From the NCBI GenBank assembly GCA_025965615.1, contig JAOPWP010000133.1, forward strand, positions 1-54,277: a stretch of 54,277 bases of DNA, in the 5' to 3' direction. Positions within the stretch are counted from its first letter, which is position 1. The number at the start of each line of letters is the position of its first letter. The translations under genes were made by a program, and so were the position numbers. A model generated the notes under the pieces. That model was not told the origin of the DNA. It saw nothing but the letters and a program-made list of their open reading frames with translations, and searched no databases. This document shows positions 27,077 through 35,704 of the stretch, piece after piece. This DNA is from Frankiales bacterium. Lineage in GTDB: Bacteria; Actinomycetota; Actinomycetes; Mycobacteriales; SCTD01.

Positions 27077-27405
27077 GGCACTCGCCGTGCCCGCACAGCC
27101 CGGCCGCGGCCACCGACAGCAGGTCTCGCCCGGCAGGGCGCTCAGTCGCCGTGGTGCGGCGGTACCTCCCGGCGCAGCCGCTCGTCGTCGTCGGGGTCGA
27201 CCCTCTCGTGCACCTCTCCCCAGCCCAGCTCGCCCGCCCCTGCCGCCGGCTCCCTGTCCGCGCCGCCTGGCGGGGCCGACGGCGACGGGCCGACAGCGCG
27301 CCTGCGCCGTCGGCCCGCCGGTGGTCCTGATGGCGTCCCGGTCATGCGGCAGTGTCCCACCGCACCGTGGCCGGGCCACCCCCCGCCGTCGTCCGGGCGG
27401 GAGTC

Positions 27406-28158
27406 CTACCGGGCGTGGCCCGCGGACCCGTCGCCGTCGTACTCCACGTTCTCCTTGCGTACCTGCTCGCGAACGGTCTGCTGCTCGGTGACGGCCTGCT
27501 TGCCGATGCGCACCCGCTCGACCGGGACGGTCTGCTTGGCAACGACGGGGACCTCCTTCTCGAGAACGACCTCGGTCTCCTGCTCGGCCAGACGGGCGCC
27601 CGGCAGAGCCTGGCCACCCACGATCGGCTCACGCTGGATGCGCAGCTCCTCGTGGCTGACCGGGACCGTGCGCGTCTCGGTCTCGGTGACGACCCGCTTG
27701 CGCAGGCGGGCCCGTCCGCTCTCGACCTTCTGCGTGCCCACGACGAGGTGCTCCTGCGAGCGGGTCATCGCCGAGTCCGTCTCGGGACCGGACGTGTCCT
27801 GACCGACCGACGGCGTGCCGGTCGACGCCGCCACCTGACCGGCGTCGCCGACCAGCGAGTAGTGCCGGTACAGGCGCTCCTCCTCGTGCGCGGTCAGCTC
27901 CTCGTCGTGGCCCACGCGCGGCGCGCCCCTGACCAGTTCCTTGCCGTACGGCACCACGATCGCGTCGCCGTCCGCCGAGGCGTCCCGGAGCGGGACGAAG
28001 CTGGCGTGGCCGCCGAACAGCCCCGTCTTGACGGTGACGAAGGTTCCGGTGTCGGCCGCAGTCGACTCGTAGACGTCGACGACCTTGCCGATCTTGTGGC
28101 CGTCGGCTCCGACCATGGTCTTGCCCGCGATCTGGGCCAGGTTCGAGATGGACGTCAT
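27406..28158 (-). CDS. PRC-barrel plus DUF2382 (YsnF/AvaK-like) stress-type protein
   Basis: The N-terminal PRC barrel reads MVGADGHKIGKVVDVYESTAADTGTFVTVKTGLFGGHASFVPL. The C-terminal DUF2382 pattern is EEVVTETETRTVPVSHEELRIQREP...VVLEKEVPVVAKQTVPVERVRI. Confidence 0.8.
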   Translation of the reverse strand: MTSISNLAQIAGKTMVGADGHKIGKVVDVYESTAADTGTFVTVKTGLFGGHASFVPLRDASADGDAIVVPYGKELVRGAPRVGHDEELTAHEEERLYRHYSLVGDAGQVAASTGTPSVGQDTSGPETDSAMTRSQEHLVVGTQKVESGRARLRKRVVTETETRTVPVSHEELRIQREPIVGGQALPGARLAEQETEVVLEKEVPVVAKQTVPVERVRIGKQAVTEQQTVREQVRKENVEYDGDGSAGHAR

Positions 28159-28261
28159 GGCAGGGCCTTTCGAGGGGGCGGGAGGGACCAGCCGGTGGCG
28201 GTGGGACGGTTCTGCTTCCGCCCGGGCTCGGCGTCGACGGGTGCGCGGGCAGCCGGCACCA

Positions 28262-28305
28262 GCCCCCGGGGGCGTGACGGGACAGGGTCGAGCGCCCCCG
28301 GGGGC
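28262..28305. repeat. two identical perfect 12-bp palindromes GCCCCCGGGGGC, 20 bp apart
   Basis: Copies at 28262-28273 and 28294-28305, read directly. They lie 66 nt downstream of the TetR stop and about 105-150 nt upstream of the PRC-barrel gene start. Confidence 0.8.
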
Positions 28306-28370
28306 CGGTTTACAGGTGAAACTGAGACCGGGGTGCCCGCTCCCCCGCGGCCCAACCCCGAGCCGGTGGC

Positions 28371-29111
28371 TCAGTCCGTCGGGACGTCCCCGGTGCCCGG
28401 CCCGAGCCGGTCCAGCAGGTTGTGCAGCGCCTCGTCGAACTCGGCGTCGAAGTGGAACTCCGCCAGCCCGGGCGCCAGCTCGGCCAGGAGCGGGTAGTCA
28501 GCGAGCAGCTCCACGCCGGGCGTGGGATGCGCCTCCTCCTCCACCGGGCCGGTGTCGACGCCGAGGGCGCTGAGCTCGAGCAGCAGGTGACCGAGCAGGA
28601 AGCTCGAGAAGGCGCGGTAGGCGTGCACGGCGTCGGCGCGGCTGAAGCCCTGGCTCAGCAGCCCCTGCAGGAACGACTCGATCCAGCGCAACGACCGCAG
28701 CGGTGGTCGCACCCACGGCGCCGCCGGCGGACGCGTGGCGACCAGGGGGAAGGCCTCGGGGTGGGCCAGTGCCATCCGGCGCACGCCGTGCGCGAGGCGG
28801 ATGACGTACTCCTGCCAGCTGTGCTGCGGCAGCAGGTGCACCTCGGGGTCCGCGTAGAGCTCGTCCACCACGGTCTCGACCACGCCGTCCAGCAGGTCGG
28901 ACCGGCTGGGCACGTAGCGGTAGAGGGCCATCGCCTCGACTCCCAGCTCCCGCCCGAGCCGGCGCATGGAGAGCTGGTGCAGGCCCTCGGCATCGATGAG
29001 GGCGACTGCCGACCGGAGGATGCGGTCCCGCGTCAGCGGTGCTCGGTCGGCACGCTCTCCGATCGGCTCGATGGTGCCACCTGCCCTGTCGTCCCTGCGC
29101 GGATCTGCCAC
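28371..29111 (-). CDS. TetR-family transcriptional regulator (tetracycline-repressor-like C-terminal domain)
   Basis: The HTH reads RDRILRSAVALIDAEGLHQLSMRRLGRELGVEAMALYRYVPSRSDLL. It is divergent from glpD, as in Rv2250c/Rv2249c. Confidence 0.85.
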   Translation of the reverse strand: MADPRRDDRAGGTIEPIGERADRAPLTRDRILRSAVALIDAEGLHQLSMRRLGRELGVEAMALYRYVPSRSDLLDGVVETVVDELYADPEVHLLPQHSWQEYVIRLAHGVRRMALAHPEAFPLVATRPPAAPWVRPPLRSLRWIESFLQGLLSQGFSRADAVHAYRAFSSFLLGHLLLELSALGVDTGPVEEEAHPTPGVELLADYPLLAELAPGLAEFHFDAEFDEALHNLLDRLGPGTGDVPTD

Positions 29112-29262
29112 CGGCGTCGTCGTCGCGCAGCCGTCTGGGTGCGCACGTGCCCGCGCATCATGCCTGCGAAGCGGCGCGGCCGGGCCGACGGGTCCTGGCC
29201 TGCCCGCAGGCAGCCCCCCGAGGGCCGTGGTTCAGTGGCCCTTCTGCTTCCCAGGGGGTCTC

Positions 29263-31005
29263 GTGGTCCGCTCCACCCGTCTCGACCCGGCCTTCCGGGC
29301 TCAGGCGATGATCCAGCTCGGGTTGCGCGAGTTCGACGTCCTCGTCATCGGAGGTGGCGTGACGGGGGCCGGTGTCGCCCTCGACGCAGCGACCCGCGGT
29401 CTGGACGTCGCGCTCGTCGAGGCCCGCGACTACGCCGCCGGCACCTCGAGCCGGTCCAGCAAGCTCCTGCACGGCGGCCTGCGCTACCTCGAGCAGCTCA
29501 ACGCCGGGCTGGTCCTCGAGGCGCTCCGCGAGCGGACGCTGCTGCTCGACCGGTTGTGCCCCCACCTGGCTCGTCCGGTCTCCTTCCTCTACCCGCTGAC
29601 CCACCGCGGCTGGGAGCGCGTGTACGTCGGGGCCGGCATCGCGCTCTACGACGCGATGGGCGGGCGGCGGGGTCGGCAGATGAAGCGCCACCGCCACCTC
29701 GGACGCCGCGCGGCACTCCGGGCGATGCCGGCCCTGCGCCCGGACGCCCTCGTCGGAGCGATCCAGTACTCCGACGGGCAGGTCGACGACGCGCGGCACA
29801 CGTTGTTCCTCGCCCGCACGGCGGTCCAGTACGGCGCGACTGCCGCGACGAGCGCCCGCGTCGTCGACCTGCTGCGCGAGGGGGACTCCGTCGTGGGTGC
29901 GCGCGTGCGCGACCTGGAGAGCGGAGCCGAGATCGACGTGCGGGCCCGCCACGTGATCAACGCCGCGGGGGTGTTCACCGACGAGTTGCAGGACCTCGCC
30001 CCGGGCCGGACGAGCCTGCGAGTCACGGCGTCGAAGGGCGTCCACCTCGTCGTGCCGGTCGACCGGATCGAGTCCACGACGGGCCTCATCTCGCGCACCG
30101 ACGACAGCGTGCTGTTCGTGATCCCGTGGCAGGGCACCCACTGGCTCATCGGCACGACGGACACTCCCTGGGACCTCGACCTCGCCCACCCGGCGGCCAG
30201 CGCCCGCGACATCGCGTACCTGCTGGACCAGGTCAACCGGCTGCTCGCCCGGCCGCTGTCGGCGGACGACGTCGTCGGGGTCTACGCCGGGCTCCGGCCG
30301 CTGCTGGCCGGCGAGTCCGATGCGACAAGCAAGCTCTCGCGTGAGCACGCGGTGGTGACGACCCGGCCCGGCATGACCCTGGTCGCAGGCGGCAAGTACA
30401 CGACCTACCGCGTGATGGCGAAGGACGCGGTCGACGCCGTCGTCGCCTCGTGGCCCGAGGCCGTGCCTGCGAGCTGCACGGAGGACGTGCCCCTGCTCGG
30501 GGCAGACGGTTACCGCGCAGCCTGGAACTCGCGTGAGGCCACCGCCCGCCACTACGGCCTCGCGGTCCCGGTCGTGGAGCGGCTGCTGGGCCGGTACGGC
30601 ACGTTGGTGGACGAGGTGCTGGCCCCGCTGGAGCTGCGACCCGACCTCGCGCACCCGCTGTCGGAGGCGACGGGGTACCTACGCGCCGAGGCGCTCTACG
30701 CCGCCACCGACGAGGGCGCGCTGCACCTGGACGACGTGCTCACCCGCCGCACCCGCATCTCGATCGAGACGCGCGACCGGGGCGTCGGTGCTGCCGCTGA
30801 GGTCTGCGACCTGGTGGCACCGGTCCTCGGATGGAGCGCGCAGGACATCGCGCGCGAGCTGGCGCACTACGAGGCCCGGGTCGCCGCCGAGCGGCACTCG
30901 CAGACGCAGGTCGACGACCAGACAGCCGACGCCGCACGTCTGGGTGCCCAGGACGTCCGGGCCGGTCACGCGCCGGTCCCGGCTCCCGCGGCAACGAGCT
31001 CGTGA
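29263..31005 (+). CDS. glpD: FAD-dependent glycerol-3-phosphate dehydrogenase
   Basis: ORF 28966..31005 trimmed to the GTG at 29263; an ATG at 29308 is also possible. It has the dinucleotide fold FDVLVIGGGVTGAGVALDAATRGL and the GTSSRSSKLLHGGLRYLE motif. Confidence 0.9.
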   Translation: MVRSTRLDPAFRAQAMIQLGLREFDVLVIGGGVTGAGVALDAATRGLDVALVEARDYAAGTSSRSSKLLHGGLRYLEQLNAGLVLEALRERTLLLDRLCPHLARPVSFLYPLTHRGWERVYVGAGIALYDAMGGRRGRQMKRHRHLGRRAALRAMPALRPDALVGAIQYSDGQVDDARHTLFLARTAVQYGATAATSARVVDLLREGDSVVGARVRDLESGAEIDVRARHVINAAGVFTDELQDLAPGRTSLRVTASKGVHLVVPVDRIESTTGLISRTDDSVLFVIPWQGTHWLIGTTDTPWDLDLAHPAASARDIAYLLDQVNRLLARPLSADDVVGVYAGLRPLLAGESDATSKLSREHAVVTTRPGMTLVAGGKYTTYRVMAKDAVDAVVASWPEAVPASCTEDVPLLGADGYRAAWNSREATARHYGLAVPVVERLLGRYGTLVDEVLAPLELRPDLAHPLSEATGYLRAEALYAATDEGALHLDDVLTRRTRISIETRDRGVGAAAEVCDLVAPVLGWSAQDIARELAHYEARVAAERHSQTQVDDQTADAARLGAQDVRAGHAPVPAPAATSS

Positions 31006-31781
31006 AGGGCTCCCGCGCCGTCGAGCTCCACGCCGTCGTGGAGGGCCGGCCTGACGCCCCTGTGGTGCTCCTGCTGGGATCGCTCGGAAGCACCCTCGAG
31101 ATGTGGGAGCCGCAGGTCCCGGCCCTGGCCGAGCACGTGCGCGTGGTGCGCGTCGACACCCGCGGACACGGCCGCTCCCCGGTCCCGCCGGGGCCGTACT
31201 CCATCGACGACCTGGTGGACGACGCCGTCGCACTGCTGGACCGGCTCGGGGTCGCGACAGCCTCCTTCGTCGGCCTCTCGCTCGGGGGGATGACGGCGAT
31301 GCGCCTCGCCGCCCGTGAGCCTCACCGGGTCGACCGCCTGGCTCTGCTCTGCACCTCCGCCCACCTCGGACCAGCATCGAGCTGGGCGGAGCGAGCGGCG
31401 ACGGTCAGGGAGCACGGCACCGTCGCCGTCGCACCGGTGGTGGCCAGCCGCTGGCTGACCGAGCGCAAGCGAGCCTGCGATCCCACGGCGGTCGCAGAGC
31501 TCGAGCGCATGATCGCCGGCACCCCGAGCGAGGGCTACGCCTCCTGCTGCGAGGCCATCGGTGCCATGGACCTGCGCGCCGACCTCCCCCTCATCGCCGC
31601 GCGGACACTGGTGGTCGCCGGGGCCGAAGACCCTTCCACCCCGCTGCCGCACCTGCGACTGATCGCCGACGGCGTGGCCGGGGCCGAGCTGCTGGTCCTG
31701 CCGTCGGCGGCGCACCTGGCGAACCTCGAGCAGCCCGAGGCGGTCAATGCGGCTCTGCTCGCTCACCTGTGCGGCGCCTGA
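31002..31781 (+). CDS. alpha/beta hydrolase, 3-oxoadipate enol-lactonase (PcaD)-like
   Basis: GTG at 31002 (GTGA overlap with the glpD stop). It has the nucleophile elbow GLSLGG and the pattern LLGSLGSTLEMWEPQVPAL...VDTRGHGRS. Confidence 0.8.
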   Translation: MKGSRAVELHAVVEGRPDAPVVLLLGSLGSTLEMWEPQVPALAEHVRVVRVDTRGHGRSPVPPGPYSIDDLVDDAVALLDRLGVATASFVGLSLGGMTAMRLAAREPHRVDRLALLCTSAHLGPASSWAERAATVREHGTVAVAPVVASRWLTERKRACDPTAVAELERMIAGTPSEGYASCCEAIGAMDLRADLPLIAARTLVVAGAEDPSTPLPHLRLIADGVAGAELLVLPSAAHLANLEQPEAVNAALLAHLCGA

Positions 31782-31863
31782 CCAGGGCCTCACGCTGCGC
31801 TTCGGGCCCCGCGTGCAACCCGAGCCCCGACATGCATCCCCCGCCGGGTGCGACAGTGCAGGG

Positions 31864-32586
31864 ATGTCCGAGCCGGTGACCTACGCGTCCTACCTGCGCA
31901 TCGGTGAGCTGCTCGCGCTTCAGCAGGAGCCCAGGGCGCACGACGAGCTGCTGTTCGTCGTGCTCCACCAGTCGCACGAGCTGTGGTTCAAGCTGCTGCT
32001 GCACGAGCTCGACGACGCGGTGGCCCTGGTCGACGCCGACCGCTTCCCCGAGGCCGAGACGCGGCTGCGCCGGATGGTGACGATCATCCGGCAGCTCGTG
32101 GCCCAGTGGGACGTACTGGGCACGATGACGCCCTCGGGCTACCTGGCGTTCCGGCACGTCCTCGAGGGGGGCAGCGGGTTCCAGTCGGTGCAGTGGCGGG
32201 AGGTCGAATTCGCCAGCGGGCGCAAGGAACCCGGCTACGTCGACTCGTCGTGGCTGTCGGAGGGCGAGCGGGCCGCCCTGAGGGCCCGCCTCGACGCGCC
32301 GTCGCTGGCCGACGCCTTTGACGCGGCGTTGCACCGCCACGGGGTCGTCGACGTGGGCGAGGTGCTGCGCGCACGGCCGGACCTCGCCCTGCTGACCATG
32401 CTCGCGGAGTCGCTGCTCGACTACGACGAGGCGATCGGGCACTGGCGCCACCGCCACGTGCTGGCGGTGGAGCGGCAGATCGGGCTCAAGCCGGGCACGG
32501 GCGGTTCCAGCGGCGCCGCCTACCTGCGCAGCACCCTCACCCACCGCTTCTTCCCCTCGCTGTGGGAAGCCCGGACCAACCTGTGA
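31864..32586 (+). CDS. kynA: tryptophan 2,3-dioxygenase
   Basis: ATG at 31864 (MSEPVTYASYLRIGELL). It has HQSHELWFKLLLHEL, GGSGFQSVQWREVEF, and the proximal-His region HWRHRHVLAVERQIGLKPGTGGSSGAAYL. Confidence 0.85.
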   Translation: MSEPVTYASYLRIGELLALQQEPRAHDELLFVVLHQSHELWFKLLLHELDDAVALVDADRFPEAETRLRRMVTIIRQLVAQWDVLGTMTPSGYLAFRHVLEGGSGFQSVQWREVEFASGRKEPGYVDSSWLSEGERAALRARLDAPSLADAFDAALHRHGVVDVGEVLRARPDLALLTMLAESLLDYDEAIGHWRHRHVLAVERQIGLKPGTGGSSGAAYLRSTLTHRFFPSLWEARTNL

Positions 32587-32597
32587 GGACCCACCGC

Positions 32598-33317
32598 ATG
32601 AGCAAACGGTTCGAGGAGCTCGACTGGTCACGCACCCCCATCGGCGAGATCAGCCTGCGCCGGCGGGTCGAGCCGGTGCTCGGGGTGGAGGTCTTCGAGG
32701 CCCGGCTGGACGAGGACTTCCTCATGTCGAGCCTGTTCACCGTCGCCGAGATCGCCCTGGCCGACCTCGGCCTCGCCCAGCTGCTCGGCGCAGACTTCGA
32801 CGTGGTCGTGGGGGGACTGGGTCTGGGCTACACCGCGCACGCCGTCCTCGCCGACCGGCGGGTGCGCTCGCTGACGGTCGTCGAGGCCCTCCCGGAGGTC
32901 ATCGGCTGGCACGAGCGGGGCCTGCTCCCGGTCGCCGCCGACCTGACCTCGGACCCCCGCTGCCACCTGGCTCCCGGTGACTTCTTCGACCTCGTACGCA
33001 GCGGCAGCTCCTTCGGGCCAGCCGCTCCTGAGCGGGTGCACGCCATCCTCGTCGACATCGACCACACGCCGCAGCACGTCCTGCACCCGAGTCACGCCGA
33101 CCTCTACACCCCTGCCGGTCTCCGGCGGCTGTCCGAGCGGCTGCTCCCCGGAGGCGTCTTCGCCCTGTGGTCCGACGACCCGCCCGACCCTGCGTTCACC
33201 GAGGTCCTGGACCAGGTGTTCGTCGCCCCGGCGGCCCACGTCGTCCCGTTCGCCAACGCCCTCACCGGCGGTGAGTCCACCAACACCGTCTACGTGGCCG
33301 CGACGCCCGCCGGGTGA
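32598..33317 (+). CDS. spermidine-synthase-like class I methyltransferase-fold protein
   Basis: ATG at 32598 (MSKRFEELDWSRTPIGEISLRRR...). The nucleotide-binding loop is VVVGGLGLGYTA and an acidic motif is ILVDIDH. The substrate is unknown. Confidence 0.6.
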   Translation: MSKRFEELDWSRTPIGEISLRRRVEPVLGVEVFEARLDEDFLMSSLFTVAEIALADLGLAQLLGADFDVVVGGLGLGYTAHAVLADRRVRSLTVVEALPEVIGWHERGLLPVAADLTSDPRCHLAPGDFFDLVRSGSSFGPAAPERVHAILVDIDHTPQHVLHPSHADLYTPAGLRRLSERLLPGGVFALWSDDPPDPAFTEVLDQVFVAPAAHVVPFANALTGGESTNTVYVAATPAG

Positions 33318-34384
33318 CCGAAGGACAGGCGCGCCACGTCGACGTGCTGGTCGTCGGCGCCGGCCAGGCTGGTCTCGGGACGGCCTACTGGCTCCAGCGC
33401 AGGAGCGGCCTGCGGGTGCTGGTGGTCGACGGCGCCGAGATCGGCCGCAACTGGACCGGCCGCTGGGACAGCCTCCGGCTGTTCACCCCGCGACGGTTCA
33501 GCGGGCTCCCGGGGATGCGGTTCCCGAGCGGCTCCACCGGGAGCCCCTCGCGGCTCGAGATGGCCGAGTACCTCAGGGCGTACGCAGCAGCGATGCACCT
33601 TCCGGTCGAGGAGGGCACCCGCGTGGAGCGCCTCTGCCGCGACGGCACGTGCTTTCGCGCGACCACGCCGGGCGGGGTGATCTCCGCGCGGCACGTCGTC
33701 CTCGCCACCGGGCCCTTCTCACGCCCCCACGTGCCCGCGGCCGGCCTCGGGCTCGACGAGTCGGTCTCCCAGCTGCACTCCAGCGGCTACCGGGGCCCTG
33801 ACGACGTCCGCACGCCGGAGGTGCTGGTGGTCGGCGGCGGCAACTCCGCGGCGCAGCTCGCCGTCGAGCTCGCGCGCTCGCGCGACGTCACGGTGGCCTG
33901 CCCCCGGCCGCCGTGGTTCCTGCCCGAGCACCCGCTGGGGATCAGCATGTACTGGTGGACGCTGCTCACCGGGGTCCTCAACGCCAGCAAGAGTTCTCGT
34001 GTCTCCCGCTACGTCCAGTCCCGGGGTGACGCCGTGGTCGGCACCGAGCTGCGCGACCTGGTCCGGACCGGTCGGGTACGCCTCGTCCCGCAGCGCGTCG
34101 TCGCCGGCCAGGGCCGGGAGGTGACGCTGGCCGACGGGGCTGTTCTCCCGGTGTCCACCGTCCTCTGGTGCACCGGTTCCGTCCCGGAGACCGGGTGGAT
34201 CGCCGTCGAGGGTGCGCTGGACGAGCACGGGCGACCCGTGCACGACCGGGGGGCGTCACCGGTGGCCGGGCTGCACTGGATGGGCCTGCCGTGGCAGACC
34301 CGCCTGAACAGCTCGATCATCGACGGGGTGGACCGCGACGCCCGGCGGACGGTGGAGCGGATCCTGCTGGCGGAGGCCGGCTGA
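33314..34384 (+). CDS. class B flavin-containing monooxygenase / NAD(P)/FAD-dependent oxidoreductase (COG2072-like)
   Basis: Two Rossmann motifs are present: VLVVGAGQAGLGTA and VLVVGGGNSAAQLAVELA. The GTG start overlaps the preceding stop as GTGA. Confidence 0.8.
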   Translation: MTEGQARHVDVLVVGAGQAGLGTAYWLQRRSGLRVLVVDGAEIGRNWTGRWDSLRLFTPRRFSGLPGMRFPSGSTGSPSRLEMAEYLRAYAAAMHLPVEEGTRVERLCRDGTCFRATTPGGVISARHVVLATGPFSRPHVPAAGLGLDESVSQLHSSGYRGPDDVRTPEVLVVGGGNSAAQLAVELARSRDVTVACPRPPWFLPEHPLGISMYWWTLLTGVLNASKSSRVSRYVQSRGDAVVGTELRDLVRTGRVRLVPQRVVAGQGREVTLADGAVLPVSTVLWCTGSVPETGWIAVEGALDEHGRPVHDRGASPVAGLHWMGLPWQTRLNSSIIDGVDRDARRTVERILLAEAG

Positions 34385-34450
34385 CCAGGCGGCCCCGGCG
34401 GTAGGGTTCACGAGGCACCGCCAGGGTCGCGTGACGTCCTCGTCACCCCC

Positions 34451-34523
34451 GCCTCCGTAGCTCAGTGGATAGAGCGCCTCCGTCCTAAGGAGGGCGTCGG
34501 GAGTTCGATTCTCTCCGGGGGCA
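34451..34523 (+). tRNA. tRNA-Arg (anticodon CCT)
   Basis: GCCTCCGTAGCTCAGTGGATAGAGCGCCTCCGTCCTAAGGAGGGCGTCGGGAGTTCGATTCTCTCCGGGGGCA. The acceptor stem pairs (with one G:U). The anticodon stem is CCTCC/GGAGG with loop GTCCTAA. The T-loop is GTTCGATTC. Confidence 0.9.
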
Positions 34524-34668
34524 CCGCCTGTCGACCTCGCTCAGGTGCGCCACGGCGTACCCGGCTGTCACGTCCCGCAGGCACTCCGCGAGCTGCGGGT
34601 CTCGTCGTCGTGCCGCATCTCGACGGCAGGGAGTCGACGCAGCGCCAAGGTCACGCCCCGCACGCGCA

Positions 34669-34698
34669 GGAGCCCGGCCCCCTGCGGGACCGGGCTCC
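34669..34698 (-). terminator. 9-bp GC hairpin 24 nt downstream of the minus-strand membrane-protein gene (candidate terminator)
   Basis: GGAGCCCGG (34669-34677), a 12-nt loop, then CCGGGCTCC (34690-34698). Confidence 0.35.
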
Positions 34699-34721
34699 GA
34701 CGTGAGCTGCGCCGGGACGGG

Positions 34722-35543
34722 CTAGCGCTGCGTGCCGTACGTGGTGGTCGGGGCGTCCGAGCTCACCGGGGTGGAGCCGCGGGTCGGGTCGACCGGGTAG
34801 ACCTCGGTGGTCGGCGTGGCGTTCGCGAACTGCGAGCGGCCGGCCTGCGACTGCTGCGACTGCTTGATCTTGTCCTTCTCCTGAGCGGCGTTGTTCAGCA
34901 TGGACTCCCAGCGGCCCTGCATGGGCTTGATGAGACCGCCACCGGCACCGACGATCAGGATGCCGGCGACCGTGCCGAGGATGGCGTACAGCAGGGGGCC
35001 CGTGACGGTGGTCGCGATGCCGACCTGGTCGAGCGCCGACTTCACGAAGCCGATCATGATCAGGATGGCCACGGCGTTGGCGACGATCTTGCCGTAGGAC
35101 AGGCCGCCGAGGGCGTTCTGGATGAAGGTCTTGGCCGCGCCGGCCAGCACGGCGCCGACGACGACCAGGATGATCGCGACGATGATCCGGGGGATCAGCG
35201 CGATGAACGCGGCCAGCGGCTGCTGCAGCGCCTGGATGCCGAGGGCACCGACAGCCGCGGAGAGCACCGGGATGAAGATGGCGAAGAAGACGAGCTTGGC
35301 GACGATGTCGCTCGCGTCGTACTGGCTCTTGGACAGGGCCTTCTTGATGCCACCCTTCTCCACCGCGTGGTCGAACCCGGCGCGCTCGAGCAGCTTGTCC
35401 ACCAGCTTCGAGACGAACTTCGCGATGAAGTAGCCGATGATCAGGATCAGCAGGAAGCCGATCAGCTTCGGGATGAACGTCGCGAAGGTGCGGAAGCCGT
35501 CCGTGACGGGTCCCTCGAGGTCGAGGGCGAGCGGTGTTGACAT
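34722..35543 (-). CDS. integral membrane protein with conserved TM-helix repeats (MscS-N-terminal-like) and a Gln/Ser/Thr-rich tail
   Basis: ORF 34722..35648 trimmed to the ATG at 35543 (MSTPLALDLEGPVTDGF...), preceded by GGAGGAG. The repeated pattern is IPKLIGFLLILIIGYFIAKFVSKLVDKLLERAGFD / IPRIIVAIILVVVGAVLAGAAKTFIQNAL. Confidence 0.6.
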   Translation of the reverse strand: MSTPLALDLEGPVTDGFRTFATFIPKLIGFLLILIIGYFIAKFVSKLVDKLLERAGFDHAVEKGGIKKALSKSQYDASDIVAKLVFFAIFIPVLSAAVGALGIQALQQPLAAFIALIPRIIVAIILVVVGAVLAGAAKTFIQNALGGLSYGKIVANAVAILIMIGFVKSALDQVGIATTVTGPLLYAILGTVAGILIVGAGGGLIKPMQGRWESMLNNAAQEKDKIKQSQQSQAGRSQFANATPTTEVYPVDPTRGSTPVSSDAPTTTYGTQR

Positions 35544-35704
35544 GGGTTCTCCTCCGGAGGGGGCTGGGCCGGAGCGCGGGTGGCAACCGGTTGTTCCGCT
35601 CCCTTGTCCCCCCGCATGGCGGCGATGATCGCGAGCGAGTACCCCCATTTACGACATATCTCCGGACGCCGGGGTAAGCCTGATGTATCCCGAAGGTGAG
35701 CCTG

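Noticed and set aside
27073-27330. 85-aa plus-strand ORF overlapping the FAD-oxidase stop (ATGA)
   Set aside because: The translation is Arg/Pro/Ala-rich (…RRLPVRAAWRGRRRRADSAPAP…) with no motif. It is more likely non-coding than a coupled small gene.
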